Assembly: GCA_965206595.1 (NCBI GenBank) | Contig: OZ242214.1 | Location: 800,001 to 864,000, forward strand | DNA: 64,000 bases | Source: Candidatus Latescibacterota bacterium | Lineage (GTDB): Bacteria > Latescibacterota > UBA2968 > UBA8231 | Direction: 5' to 3' | Part shown: positions 30,006 through 40,804 of the stretch, one piece after another | Layout of the letters: each line of letters opens with the position of its first letter | Numbering within the stretch: position 1 is the first letter of the stretch | Program-made: the position numbers and the translations under genes | The notes under the pieces: generated by a model | The model's database searches: none | Told to the model about the DNA's origin: nothing | The model's input: only the letters and a program-made list of their open reading frames with translations

Positions 30006-31450
30006 GGCTCCTCTGGAGAATCTGTGGGTGAGGAGGGGAGGCTGCGGCGATGGGAATAGAGGAGGCCAGGTAGCCCAGGCGCATCATCCCCCGGTATGTT
30101 GGGACAGTCCACCAAGACGGAACCCAACTACCTGTGGAGGGAATGATGCGCCTGATCACGGTACTAAACCGGTGCACGACCTTCAAGCGGTTTGTGTTTG
30201 AGGGCAGTCATTTTGACCGGCACGGAAGGATAATGGTGAGGATCAGGCCACGGAAAAACTCCCGGGGCGCGTGCAGCGGCTGCGGTCACTTGGCCCCCAC
30301 CTATGACACGGCCCCCGAGGCCCGGCTGTTCGAGTTTGTTCCCCTCTGGGGGTTTCCGGTCTTTCTGGTGTATCGCATGCGCCGGGTTGCCTGCAAAGCC
30401 TGCGGCCGGGTGGTCGTCGAGAAGGTCCCCTGGAGCACGGGCAAGCACCACCTGACCGACCTCTACCGCTGCTTCCTGGCCCAGGGGGCCAAAAAACTGT
30501 CGTGGATCGAGGTGGCGCGTTCCTTCCGGACCCGTTGGGACAAGGTCTACCACTCCGTCCAGTACGTCGTGGACTATGGGCTCGCTCATCGCTGCCTCGA
30601 CCAGGTCACGGCCCTCGGCGTGGATGAAATCCAGTATCGTAAGGGGCCTCATTATCTGACGTTGCTGTACCAGATCGACCCCCACCGCCGCCGCCTGTTG
30701 TGGATGGGCGAGAAGCGGACGAAGAAGGCCTTGAACGACGGCTTTACCGAACGGGAGCAGGAGCACCGGCGCAAGCAGGAAGCCGACGGCGAGCAGGAGC
30801 CGACCCGTTTCCTCGACCAGATTACCGTCATCTGCTCTGATATCTGGAAAGCCTACCTCGACGTTATCAGCAAGCGGCTCCCCACCGCGGTACCTATTCT
30901 CGACCGTTTTCACCTCATGCAGCACTTCAGCAAGGCCCTCGACAAAGTCCGTGCCGAAGAGGCCCGCAGACTCAAAGAACAGGGCCAGGATCCGGTCCTG
31001 AGCAAGAGCCGCTGGTGCTTCCTGAAGCGCAAGGAGAACCTCAGCGACTTCCCCCAAGGCTTGAAGCTGTCGGAGCTATTGAAGATGAACCTGCGGACGG
31101 TCAGAGCCTACCTGCTCAAGGAGGACTTCCAGCGCTTCTGGGACTACACCTACTCCGCGTGGGCTGAGAAGTTCCTCCAGCGCGGGTGTTTCCGTACGAT
31201 GAGAAGCAACATCGAACCGATGAAAGACATCGCCGGAATGCTGCGGCGTCACCAAGAGCTCATCCTCAATTGGTTCAGGGCCAGGAAGCAGTTCAACAAC
31301 GGCATGGTCGAGGGCTTGAGCCTGAAATGGAATCTGACAGGGAGAAAAGCATTCGGATGCCGCACCTTCAAGGCACTCCAAATCGCTTCATTCCATCAGC
31401 TCGGCGATTTACCCGAGCCACAATTCACCCACGAATTCTACTGACGAGCC
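30006..31450 (+). mobile_element. ISL3-family insertion sequence
   Basis: Imperfect terminal repeats GGCTCCTCTGGAGAATCTGTGGGT / ACCCACGAATTCTACTGACGAGCC. No target duplication visible. Confidence 0.88.
30143..31444 (+). CDS. ISL3-family transposase
   Basis: Zn-finger CSGC/CKAC, LGVDE, CSDIWKAY, DRFH, AYLLKE and NGMVEG motifs. Confidence 0.88.
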   Translation: MMRLITVLNRCTTFKRFVFEGSHFDRHGRIMVRIRPRKNSRGACSGCGHLAPTYDTAPEARLFEFVPLWGFPVFLVYRMRRVACKACGRVVVEKVPWSTGKHHLTDLYRCFLAQGAKKLSWIEVARSFRTRWDKVYHSVQYVVDYGLAHRCLDQVTALGVDEIQYRKGPHYLTLLYQIDPHRRRLLWMGEKRTKKALNDGFTEREQEHRRKQEADGEQEPTRFLDQITVICSDIWKAYLDVISKRLPTAVPILDRFHLMQHFSKALDKVRAEEARRLKEQGQDPVLSKSRWCFLKRKENLSDFPQGLKLSELLKMNLRTVRAYLLKEDFQRFWDYTYSAWAEKFLQRGCFRTMRSNIEPMKDIAGMLRRHQELILNWFRARKQFNNGMVEGLSLKWNLTGRKAFGCRTFKALQIASFHQLGDLPEPQFTHEFY

Positions 31451-31827
31451 GTTTTTTTACCTTCGGTACGTTTTCGCTTTATCTCATTTATTGTAATCCT
31501 ACGCGCACCTAAAGCCTTACATAGGGTCAAAAAGTGCAGATGTTTATCTATCCCAAATCGTTTAACCGCTTCTGTGGAAGAAGCATACCTGTCCGTATCG
31601 AAAGGGCTTTGAATCAGTACAGAACCTGGCTTTACAAGTCCTTTATCAATTAAATTTTGTACTACGGGATTGGATTCCTTTATTGAAAAAGGAAGAATGT
31701 ACACTTCTTCATTGAGTAGGAGATCCGCTCCGCCTTCTTCGTATTGTAAAGCATCGATGTCTTGTTGGTTCAGTACAAATACAGCTTTCCGACTAAGGGG
31801 TTCATTTGGCCAATTATCATCGGTCAT
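31451..31827 (-). pseudogene. AT-rich hypothetical gene truncated by ISL3
   Basis: RBS plus ATG at 31827. Frame runs into the ISL3 end. No recognised motif. Confidence 0.55.
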
Positions 31828-31878
31828 GCTCTGTCTCCTGGGTATGATTCGAGGGTGGTTTTGGTGGGAAGTCTTGGG

Positions 31879-32316
31879 TTAGGCCTTGCCACCAATTAAC
31901 TGGACTACTGCCGTCTTGCCGGCGCCGGGATCGTCGGCGAGCAGGAAGCGCAGCGGCTGCCGCGGCAGCATGGCCTCGTACACGGCGGTGATCTGGTGCG
32001 GCAGCGGCTCCACCAGGGAGGTGTGCACCGCGAGGACGGGATCGAACAGGTGGGCGAGGCGAATGCGGCGCGCCTCGGATACGAGACGGTACGCGGAGCC
32101 GTCGCCGTCGAAGCTCCAGGGGCGTCCCTGCTCGACGACTTCGAGGCGGGCTTCGTCGTGGCGGTAGAGGATCTCCTCGGCGATCCCGCCCGAGGGCGGG
32201 CGGTAGATCAGCGTCAGCGCCTCGGAGCCGTGCCACTGCACGCTTACGACCTCGACCGTGCCGTTCGGGAGAATGCCGCGCACGGCAGCGTTGGGCTGGA
32301 GTTCTTCGAGCTTCAA
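31879..32316 (-). pseudogene. SNF2-family helicase N-terminal fragment (type found in defence loci)
   Basis: RLVSEARRIRLAHLFDP...PLPHQITAVY..ML...PLRFLLADDPGAGKT, cut right after Walker A. Confidence 0.85.
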
Positions 32317-32644
32317 GGACCTGCTCTCCGATTGGGAACGGCCTACCCCAAAATGCGAGGCCAACGGTTTTCTTGGCCCTGCGTGATAGTAAATCAAGGA
32401 GGCAGAAATGAAAACCACCAAGAAGGTGGGGAAACGGCTCCGCGCCAGGGCGGTTTCAGGAGCTGATCGCCGGCGGGCAGGATGTGAAGAGGGGCTGGTT
32501 ACTTCGGGGCTGATCGCGGGTGAAAAGTCGGATCAGCTTGGGGCCGGGCGAGGCGGCTGAGAACAAGCTGAACAGCGACAACAGCTTGTAAGGGCAAAGC
32601 CCGTATCATAGCCCACCCCATTGTGATAACAGTAGGGATAAAAC

Positions 32645-32694
32645 AATCCCTGCAACCTGTATAATCTCAGTATAATCAACAGGTTGCAGGGATT
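32645..32694 (-). terminator. 16-bp inverted repeat directly 3' of tmRNA
   Basis: AATCCCTGCAACCTGT-N18-ACAGGTTGCAGGGATT. Terminator or att-associated structure. Confidence 0.65.
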
Positions 32695-32697
32695 ATT

Positions 32698-33051
32698 TGG
32701 TGGAGGCGGCGGGAATCGAACCCGCGTCCGAAAGCAGTTCCTCCGAGACCACTACGTGCGTAGTCAGCGTTTGATTCTCGCCCCTTGCGGCTCCGGCTGA
32801 CAGGATCCGCCGGGGGCCAGTTCACCAGATTTCACGAACGGCCCGTGAACGAAAGCGCGTCCGCTATCCTGCTTTTTTGTCGCAGGGGCCGGCGTCGCAG
32901 GCTACACCGGCCCCCACGGGCAGCCTTTTCAGGCAGCCAAAGCGTACGAGTTATCGTCGGCGCTTGAAGTTGTTCCCGGGATTTACGAGGTGTCGGGGAC
33001 CTCGGCACGCTGTCTCGACCTCTCTGCCCCCGTCGAAGCCATGTCGCCCCC
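32698..33051 (-). ncRNA. ssrA: tmRNA; tag peptide ADDNSYALAA (32929-32961)
   Basis: 5' GGGGGCGACATGGCTTCGAC, 3' GACGCGGGTTCGATTCCCGCCGCCTCCACCA, 354 nt, tag ending YALAA-stop. Confidence 0.97.
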
Positions 33052-33141
33052 GGGTTTGAGAGACTCGTTGCGCACGCTGAACATCGCAGCGCGGTCTTCC
33101 CAATATACCGCTGCCGGCGCACACCGCAAAAAATTCCGCCT

Positions 33142-35304
33142 TCAGAACGCCTGCCCGATGGAGAAGTAGAGGCTGCGGTTGCGGATACGGTTGTCCGGGT
33201 CTCTGCTCCAGCCGACGTCGAAGCGAAAAGGAATGCCGCGCTCGTAGCGGAACCCGAGGCCGTACCCGTCCACCATGCGCGTCCACCGGGCGTCGGGGGC
33301 GTGGCGCCAGACCCCTGCCCGGTCCCAGAAGACGACGAACCCGAACTCGCCGGCGTTGATGCGCAGTTCGCTGCGCACGTTGGCGCCGGCGCGCCCGCCC
33401 CCTGTCGGCTGGATGCGTTCGCGGCCGACCCCGCGGACGCTGCCTTCGCCGCCGAGCTTGATCCAGTAATTTTTCGGGAGGTCGCGGTTCTTTCTGAGAG
33501 AGGCGGTCAGAAGCCCGCGGAATTGCTGCGCCCATACGAAATTGGGGTGGAGACGCAGGTAATAGCGCCACACCACCTCCCCATCGAGGACGCGCGTCGG
33601 CTTCCTGCCCAACTCGACCGCGTACAGGCCCCTGGTGTGGAGCAGCGTCCCGCTCGAGGGGGAGATCGGGTTGTCCCGGGAATCGCGGTTGAAGGTGAAT
33701 TCCAGGTTGAGGGTGTTGGCCTCGTCGGTCAGCAGGCGGTGCCAGGTGCTGTCGATGGGGACTGAGCCGCAGGCGTAGTCGAGGTCACCTAGGGCGCACT
33801 CTCCCCCGGAATCGCCTTCGTCGCCGGAAGCATCTTCGTCCCCGAATGGGTTGTCGTCGCCAAAGAACTCGTCGTCACCAGAAAGATCGTCCTCGCCTGC
33901 ATCGGTTGAGCCAGGTCCGGAAACGCCGGAACCGCTGGGATCGTTGTTTCCGGGTGAGTAGTCGATATTGCCGTCCGGCACGGGCTGATTCCGCGACTGC
34001 GTCCAGTTCAGCTCGGTGCGGGCGAGATATCGCGCCGCATCGGCCGGCTCCCACTGTTTCGCCAGGGTGCTTTTGAACTGCAGGAGCCGCTCGATCGACC
34101 GGTAGTCGTACTCCGAGGCCCCGATGTATTGTGCCACGTCCGTGGGGCCGACCAACAGCAGCAGTCCGTTGAGGATCGAATCGTTGGAGGTCAGCAGCGC
34201 GAACTGCGTCGAGTCATCGGGATCGGCGTACACCTTGGTTCTACCCCACTCGTCGGTGAGACTGGCCGTCACCGTCAGATCGGCTCCAGACTCGAAGACG
34301 TCGCGCTCGGTGATATCGAACTTGGCGCCCTGTTCCGGACGCCCGAGGCTTCCCGCCAGACCTAGGCGGGTCCCCCTCCCGAGCCAGTTGGCGTGCTCGA
34401 GCCGGGTCTCCGCCCCAGGCTCGGTGTTGTTGAAGAATGCGAGGGCCTCGAGGTGGATGAACTTGCGCTCCTGCAGCGAGATCTCGATCGGCTGCAGGCT
34501 GTCGCCGGGAGCGACCGCCGGGGTCGACAGGGTCACCGAGCGGAACAGGTCGGTCCGCGACAGGTTGTTGCGCGAGAGGCGAAGCTGATGGGGATCGAAC
34601 AGCTGGCCCTTGCGGAAGGTCAGCTGGCCGCGCACGAGCCGGGAGCGGGTGTGCAGCGGTTTTCCCCCGGTGCGCTCGCGAATGCTGATTTCGCCGAAGT
34701 ACATGCGCCTGCCCGGGGCCACGTCGTAGGTGACGCGGGCGAGCTTGCCTTGCGCGTCGAGCTCGGTGCGGTTGCGCACCTCGGCATGGGCGTATCCCCT
34801 GTTGTTCAGCAGCGCCAGCAGGGCGCGCTCGTCCTCGATGACGGTTTTGTACTCGAAGAACCCTCCCGCACGCGAGCGCAGCGTGCGGACGAGGTCCTCT
34901 TCCAGCGCCCCGTGCGTCTCCTCCATCGACACCCCCACCTCCTCGAGCTTCCAGCGCCTGCCGCTTTCGATCCACAGCCGGATGTGCAGGCGGTCCTTCT
35001 CGTCGAGGAGGTATTCCTTGCGGGCGATGTCGACATCGAGGTACCCGATCCCGCGGTACAGATTCTCCAGTTCGGCGAGATCGTCGCGGAAATAGCGACG
35101 CCGGAACGGCTCCCCTGCACGCGTCCTCATGGCCGTGCGCAAGTATGGATTGCCGAACGGTTTGCCCTGCGGGTGCACGAAGCGGATCCGCTTCACCTCG
35201 ACATTCTGGCCGTCGAGGTCGCGCAGATCGACCTCCCGCCTGGCGGCGTCGGCCGGAAGAGACCCGATCAGGGCAAGGGCGACAGCGAGGAGGCGGAGCG
35301 GCAT
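33142..35304 (-). CDS. TamA/BamA-family outer-membrane protein
   Basis: Signal peptide, POTRA repeats, GGEGSVRG and terminal YFSIGQAF. Coupled to a TamB-like gene. Confidence 0.9.
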   Translation of the reverse strand: MPLRLLAVALALIGSLPADAARREVDLRDLDGQNVEVKRIRFVHPQGKPFGNPYLRTAMRTRAGEPFRRRYFRDDLAELENLYRGIGYLDVDIARKEYLLDEKDRLHIRLWIESGRRWKLEEVGVSMEETHGALEEDLVRTLRSRAGGFFEYKTVIEDERALLALLNNRGYAHAEVRNRTELDAQGKLARVTYDVAPGRRMYFGEISIRERTGGKPLHTRSRLVRGQLTFRKGQLFDPHQLRLSRNNLSRTDLFRSVTLSTPAVAPGDSLQPIEISLQERKFIHLEALAFFNNTEPGAETRLEHANWLGRGTRLGLAGSLGRPEQGAKFDITERDVFESGADLTVTASLTDEWGRTKVYADPDDSTQFALLTSNDSILNGLLLLVGPTDVAQYIGASEYDYRSIERLLQFKSTLAKQWEPADAARYLARTELNWTQSRNQPVPDGNIDYSPGNNDPSGSGVSGPGSTDAGEDDLSGDDEFFGDDNPFGDEDASGDEGDSGGECALGDLDYACGSVPIDSTWHRLLTDEANTLNLEFTFNRDSRDNPISPSSGTLLHTRGLYAVELGRKPTRVLDGEVVWRYYLRLHPNFVWAQQFRGLLTASLRKNRDLPKNYWIKLGGEGSVRGVGRERIQPTGGGRAGANVRSELRINAGEFGFVVFWDRAGVWRHAPDARWTRMVDGYGLGFRYERGIPFRFDVGWSRDPDNRIRNRSLYFSIGQAF

Positions 35305-38300
35305 CAGAACTGCTTCTTCAACCCGAGACCGACGCCGTAGAGCTCGTACTCGGAGTGGGCCTTGGCCCGCAGGGTCATGAATCCCGCCAGCTGGTACTCG
35401 AGCTGCGCCTCGCCTATGGAGGGGTCGTGCGTGATCGCCTCGTAGCGCACCCAAAGGGGCAGGGGCCACTTGAAGTGCTTGCCGATGCGCAGGGCCGGCT
35501 CCCCGGAGGTTCCCAGCACCGTTCCGGAAGGCAGCAGCTGGAATTCGTCGAGGCCGATCCGCTGCAGCTGGCCTCCGAGCAGCAGCTGGCCGACCGCGGT
35601 TCCGGCAGCGCGGAAGACGTCGCGTTCGGCGACCCCTTCCGTCTCCGAGGTGCCGAAGGCGAGCAGAAAGATCACCTGGCTGTCTTCGAGGTCGCCTGAG
35701 TTGAAGACGGGGTTGGCGCGCAAGGTCGACCCCTGCAGCGACATGGTCACCGTGCGCTCCTCGTTGTCGGCCATGTCGAGGACCTGGGCTTCCGCCTCGA
35801 GGTCGAGCTCCGGGTCGAGCAGTAGCGGGTCGTAGGCGAGGTCGAGGATGGAGTAGGTCGGCACCAGGCGATCGAGGATGATGCGCCCCCTCTTGAAGAC
35901 GAACTCGTTGTTCAGGGCGATTATCGTTCCCTCTTTTTGCACGAACATCTCACCCTGAATGCGGGGCTTGTAGAAAGTTCCGTACACGCGCCCCGAGCCC
36001 TCGAGAAGGAGATCGGTGAGCTCGTTGCGCACCGCCATTTCCCGCACGTCCACCTGCAGGTCGAGGTGGACGGTTTCGAGGAAGGGGTCCTGCAGGGCGG
36101 ACGGCGGAGGCGGCAGGGGAGGCCCCGTCAGGTCGACGAGGGGTGGCTCGGCGATGCCCTGGTCGAGTCGCAGCTCTCCTTCGAACAACGATCCGTTTTC
36201 CAGGCTGCGGAACCGCAGCCGGCCTTTGGCCGCCGGCACCGAGAAGACATCGTCGTACTCGTACGGCAGGCTGTCGAGCACCAGGACGAGGTCGTAGTCG
36301 AGCCCGGCCGCGGAAATCTCTAGGTGGCCGCTCAGCTTGCCCTCTCCCTCGCCACTGGACGGGTAGCCGGCGAAATCGGTGAGCACGCCGCGCTCGCCGG
36401 TGAACTCGATCCGTCCCCGGGGAAAGACGTAGCCCGGATCGACGTCGATGAACCGGAAGGCGACCTCCTCGACCTCCACTCCCCCGTGCACCTGCGGATC
36501 GGAGCCGAGGCGGGTCGCCTCCAAGTCGAAGCGGACGAGCCCGTCCAGGGACTCGAGGTCCGGCACCTGGTCGACGAAGATGAAAAGGTTGACGCCCTCG
36601 GTCCGCGCCGACAGCTCGGCTCTTTCCCAGGACGCTTCCCAGGTAAGCGGATGCACCGGAACGCTGCCGACTACGGCCACCTCGTCCGCCAGCGGCGTCG
36701 ACCAGAGCGCCTGAACTGTGGCGAGGCCGCCGGCAACCTCGACATCCGCGGTCAGGTCGCCGAACTCCTCGGTCGCGGCCTCGGCGGCGCAGGAGAGTGA
36801 GCGTTCGCCCGCAGAATCAGTCAGCGCCGCGGTGAGATCGACGGTGCCCGCGGGCAGGGCGGACTCCCCGACACCGAAGGCAGTCGCGCTCCTCAGGTCT
36901 ACACCGTCGAGCTCGAGGGTGATCCTGTGCCTTCCGCTGCCCGACTGCAGCCCTGCCGAGACCGCCCCCGCGGGATGGTCGTAGCGGCCGCTCTCCTCGT
37001 CGAGGCGGGCAAGCGCCAGGGTCATGCTCTGAAGCTCCTCGCCGCCGAACCGGAACTCCACTTCTTCGTCTGGTGCCTGCAGGTGCAGCGTACCCCGCCC
37101 GATTTCCAGGTGGCTCAGGCGGGCGCTTCCCGACAGGCTGGTCCATGGGATTCCGGAGGTCAGGCCGTCCGCGGGAAAGGAGAGGGCGCCGCTCAACCCC
37201 AGCGAGCCGCCGACGCTGTCGTCGAGGGCGTAGCTGAGAAATGGTCCCAGGTCGAGACTGCCGGCCCGGACCCCGAGATGAGCGCGCCCGGGGCCTGCGT
37301 CAGCCTCCCCCAACAAGACCGCTGCCGGCATGGCTAGGCGGACTGCGAGGCTGCCGGCCTTCGTTTGGCCGCTGACGGCTGGCTGCGTCAGCTCGACAGT
37401 GGCGACGGTGCTGTCGCGGTGCGATACCACGGCCCGCAGCCTGCCGAGCGGGCGCTGTTGCAAGCGGACATCGGACAGCTCCAGTTCGCCGTCCAATTCG
37501 GGGCTCTCCGCGGTACCCCGCAGCTGCAGCTCCAGAGCGCCGCGGGCGGTAAGGGCGCCGTCGGCAAGGGTCAGGAGGACGGAATCGATCGCCGCCCGGG
37601 CCGACAGCGAGTCGGAGATGCGGGCGGAGCCGGTCAGGGTGCCGGCAGGCGTAGCCAGAGAAACAGGGGCGAGCTCGGTAACTCCGCTGCGGTGGGTGGC
37701 GCGAACCGGCTCCCGGGTCTGAAAAAGCTGGTCGTGGAGCGACAGCTCGACCTGCTCGAGCTGCAGCTCCGCGGAGAGCAGCTCCGGCCGCCCTCTCTCG
37801 CCGCTGGCGGACAGGTCCCCGGAAAGCAGGAGGTAATCCACCCGGTCCGAGGTGAGGTCGCGGCGGCTCGCGGTAGCGCTGTCGAGCCGGGCGGTCGCGG
37901 AAAAACGGCCGGTCCCCTCAAGGCGGGCTTCGGCGTCCAGACCCTGGCCGCGCAACAGCACGCGGGTGGTCCCGTCGTCGAGGGACAGGCTGGCGTCGAT
38001 ATCCCCGGCGCTCCAGCCGCCGTATCCGACGTCCCGCAGGGCGATGGTCGCGGCCAGACGCGCCGCCTCCCAGGCGAACGACCCCGCCTCCAGCTCGGCG
38101 GTGACCGAGCCGGACAGGTCCGGAAGCAGCCGGTTGAGCTGAGTTGGCTGGATGGCCGCGTGCAGGGTGTCGACGGAACCGCTCTGCAGGTCGGTTTCGA
38201 CACCGGCGCGCATGCCGCCTCCGTCGAAAGAGAGGGTCAGCTCAGTATGCCGCCAGTCCGCAATCGAGGCGCTCAGGGACAGCGGGCCGAAGTCCGGGCC

Positions 38301-39689
38301 GAGTCCGGGCAGCTCCTCTACGGTCAGGTCCGCGGCGAGCTTCCCGGGGGAAAGATGCCCGGTGACCGAGGCCGGCATGGAGGCGCCTATCAGGGGGCCG
38401 GGGTCGAGCCTTCCCAGCAGATCGATGTCGTACCGGTCCGCGGCGGCGACCGTTCCTTTCGCAGCGAGGGAGCCGAGCGTCGATTGAAGCGCCGCGGTTA
38501 GTCCGGGGCCGTCGAGGTTCGCCTCGAGGGTGAAATCGAGGTGTGTTGCCGCCAGCGGCAACCCGGAGAGCCGGGCGTCGAGGCGGGCGTCCAGCTCTCC
38601 CCACGCGGGGCGCCCGCCGGCCTCCAGGGTGGCGGAAAGCAGGCCCCCGGCCCCTCCCCCGGTCAGCGGGGCGATGGCGAGATCGGTGATCTCCAGGCTG
38701 GCCTGCAGGCTGTCCCTGGCGCCGTGGGTGTACTCTCCGCCGAGGCGCACCCTGCCCTCGCCCCCCGCTCCCGCGACGAGGAGGGAGTCGAGGAAGAGCC
38801 TTTCTTGGGTCAGGAGTGCCGCGGCTGTCGCCGTATAGCTGCCGAAGACGGAATCACTCAACGCCGCGGCGGCCGCAACCTTGAGGTCGAGCCCCGCCAG
38901 GGATCCGGACAGGATGATCTCTCCCTCACCGCGAAGGTTTGGAGAGTGTGCCTCGAAGCCGGTTTCCAGATGGAAGGGAAGGGATCCGGTCAGTCCGAGA
39001 GTCCCGGTTCCGGCCGCGGTGAGCCCGGCGTTCCCGGCGGTTGCGCGGGCGGACAGGCTGTCCGCTACAAGGCGGTCCGCCTCGACGGTAAGCAGGGCCG
39101 CGAGCGCCCCGGATACGTTTGTTTCCCCTTGGATAAGCTGGATTTCCGGGGCAGTGAGCCGCAGCCGCCTGCCGGAGGCGGGGGACCGCGGGGAGTCGAC
39201 AGTCGTTCCGAAACGGAGATCGATCCCTTTCGCCAGCACCCGCAGACTGTCGTCGCGGAGCACCAGCTCGGCGGCGGAAACCGTTACGGAAGGGATGTCG
39301 TCGAGCGGCAGGGAGTACTGCGGGGGTTTCGCCGCCACGACGGGAGGCGGTGCCGGGTCCGGTTCCGAAGTCGAAACGGAGTCCGGCTGCGACAGGTCGA
39401 TCTCGATTCGCGGCGCATCGACGACGATTTCCCGATCCCAGACCGAGCCGGCCAGCGACCTGGCGGAAATCGCCGGCGACCCCGACCGTTCGGCAGCGTG
39501 AACCTCTTCAAAGCGGGGTTTCCCTAGCAGCGAGCCTCCGGTGGAACCGATCTCCACCTTCCATCCATGCCTTGGGGCCGCCTGCTCGATGACCCGGGCC
39601 AGGAGGTAGACCCCGGCAGGAGTCAGCAGGAAGAGGAGGAGGAGGGCGGCCAGCGCACCCGCCCCGGCGTAGACGACGGTTCGCCGCAT
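35304..39689 (-). CDS. TamB-like translocation/assembly module protein
   Basis: 1461 aa, N-terminal anchor, beta-rich repeats, DUF490-like C-terminus, adjacent to the TamA-like gene. Confidence 0.85.
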   Translation of the reverse strand: MRRTVVYAGAGALAALLLLFLLTPAGVYLLARVIEQAAPRHGWKVEIGSTGGSLLGKPRFEEVHAAERSGSPAISARSLAGSVWDREIVVDAPRIEIDLSQPDSVSTSEPDPAPPPVVAAKPPQYSLPLDDIPSVTVSAAELVLRDDSLRVLAKGIDLRFGTTVDSPRSPASGRRLRLTAPEIQLIQGETNVSGALAALLTVEADRLVADSLSARATAGNAGLTAAGTGTLGLTGSLPFHLETGFEAHSPNLRGEGEIILSGSLAGLDLKVAAAAALSDSVFGSYTATAAALLTQERLFLDSLLVAGAGGEGRVRLGGEYTHGARDSLQASLEITDLAIAPLTGGGAGGLLSATLEAGGRPAWGELDARLDARLSGLPLAATHLDFTLEANLDGPGLTAALQSTLGSLAAKGTVAAADRYDIDLLGRLDPGPLIGASMPASVTGHLSPGKLAADLTVEELPGLGPDFGPLSLSASIADWRHTELTLSFDGGGMRAGVETDLQSGSVDTLHAAIQPTQLNRLLPDLSGSVTAELEAGSFAWEAARLAATIALRDVGYGGWSAGDIDASLSLDDGTTRVLLRGQGLDAEARLEGTGRFSATARLDSATASRRDLTSDRVDYLLLSGDLSASGERGRPELLSAELQLEQVELSLHDQLFQTREPVRATHRSGVTELAPVSLATPAGTLTGSARISDSLSARAAIDSVLLTLADGALTARGALELQLRGTAESPELDGELELSDVRLQQRPLGRLRAVVSHRDSTVATVELTQPAVSGQTKAGSLAVRLAMPAAVLLGEADAGPGRAHLGVRAGSLDLGPFLSYALDDSVGGSLGLSGALSFPADGLTSGIPWTSLSGSARLSHLEIGRGTLHLQAPDEEVEFRFGGEELQSMTLALARLDEESGRYDHPAGAVSAGLQSGSGRHRITLELDGVDLRSATAFGVGESALPAGTVDLTAALTDSAGERSLSCAAEAATEEFGDLTADVEVAGGLATVQALWSTPLADEVAVVGSVPVHPLTWEASWERAELSARTEGVNLFIFVDQVPDLESLDGLVRFDLEATRLGSDPQVHGGVEVEEVAFRFIDVDPGYVFPRGRIEFTGERGVLTDFAGYPSSGEGEGKLSGHLEISAAGLDYDLVLVLDSLPYEYDDVFSVPAAKGRLRFRSLENGSLFEGELRLDQGIAEPPLVDLTGPPLPPPPSALQDPFLETVHLDLQVDVREMAVRNELTDLLLEGSGRVYGTFYKPRIQGEMFVQKEGTIIALNNEFVFKRGRIILDRLVPTYSILDLAYDPLLLDPELDLEAEAQVLDMADNEERTVTMSLQGSTLRANPVFNSGDLEDSQVIFLLAFGTSETEGVAERDVFRAAGTAVGQLLLGGQLQRIGLDEFQLLPSGTVLGTSGEPALRIGKHFKWPLPLWVRYEAITHDPSIGEAQLEYQLAGFMTLRAKAHSEYELYGVGLGLKKQF

Positions 39690-39754
39690 CGATCAGGCGC
39701 CTGGATGCCCGCGGCCTGGCTGCCGGACTCGGGAAAAGGCTCGCCCGGCGGCCA

Positions 39755-40618
39755 TCACCGGGTCGTGCGGGTCAGTCCACCGGAGACGTCGAACAGCGAA
39801 TCGGGAAGGGCCGAGCTGGAAAGGGACTTCACCGTTCGCAAGAGCTCGAACACCTGGTTCTCCTTCTTGGCACCCTGCCTGGTGAAGACTTTGAGGACGG
39901 ACTGCATGTGGAAGCCCTCGAGGGCGTCGAGCTCCTCCTGCAGGCTTTGGGAGTCGGTGATCGCTTCCGGGGCTCCCCCGATGCCGGAGCGAATCAGCGA
40001 TGGATAGGAGGTCTTGCGAGCCTGCAGTTCCTGAAACCGCTGGAGATCCCGGTATCCGGGGAAGTCGTCGGCCACCCAGGCCTGGTACAGGTAGCGATTC
40101 TGGCGCCGCACTTTCCTGGTTCCCGGATCGAGGTGCTGGACCTTCATCTCCGCGGCGACCCGGCGGCAGAGGATGCCGGCGACGCGTTTGGTTTCGTCGA
40201 GGGTGCGGGTGCGGAATTCCACTTCGCGGTCGGGGTCGCCAGCGGCCGCCTTGGCCGCAGGAGGGGTGCCCGGCCCGGCTTCATCTGAGGTGCCGGCCGG
40301 GGGAAGCGATTCCCGGGAGTAGTTTGCTCGGGTGTGGTCGAGTTGCAACAGGTTTGCCCGGTCGAGCTGAAGGATGGTGCTGCCGTCGGTCGTCACTCCC
40401 TGCCGGCGCAGCGCTTCCGCTCCGCTTTTCGAGGTCTCGATAAGCGAGTGCACCCGCTGCCGCTGTCCCTTGATGTACACGTGGTTGGTGGTCTTGCGGG
40501 CCCCCGTCTTCTTCGGGCCCACCCCCTTGTTGACGATCTCCTCGACGTAGGAGACGTCGGCAGCGGCCGGGGAGACGACCCAGCCGACGGCTGCAACAGC
40601 GATCCACACAAGCTTCAT
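39755..40618 (-). CDS. Secreted hypothetical protein (DUF4412-like)
   Basis: Signal peptide, TKRVAGILCR and LPDSLFDV motifs. Confidence 0.65.
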   Translation of the reverse strand: MKLVWIAVAAVGWVVSPAAADVSYVEEIVNKGVGPKKTGARKTTNHVYIKGQRQRVHSLIETSKSGAEALRRQGVTTDGSTILQLDRANLLQLDHTRANYSRESLPPAGTSDEAGPGTPPAAKAAAGDPDREVEFRTRTLDETKRVAGILCRRVAAEMKVQHLDPGTRKVRRQNRYLYQAWVADDFPGYRDLQRFQELQARKTSYPSLIRSGIGGAPEAITDSQSLQEELDALEGFHMQSVLKVFTRQGAKKENQVFELLRTVKSLSSSALPDSLFDVSGGLTRTTR

Positions 40619-40804
40619 ACAGTTTCCTTCTGCGCGAATAGATCCGGTCCCGGCGGAATGCCTGCGGTGTCTTCGGGCCGCGATCCGGGAGAGCCCGTTT
40701 TTTCGCTTGGGAGCGGGAACTCCAGGAGGCTCGCCGGTTGTCTTCCGGGCATTGGGCAGCACCGGTCGTACGTGGGTGTGCGTGTTCAGATCGGTTGCTG
40801 TCGG

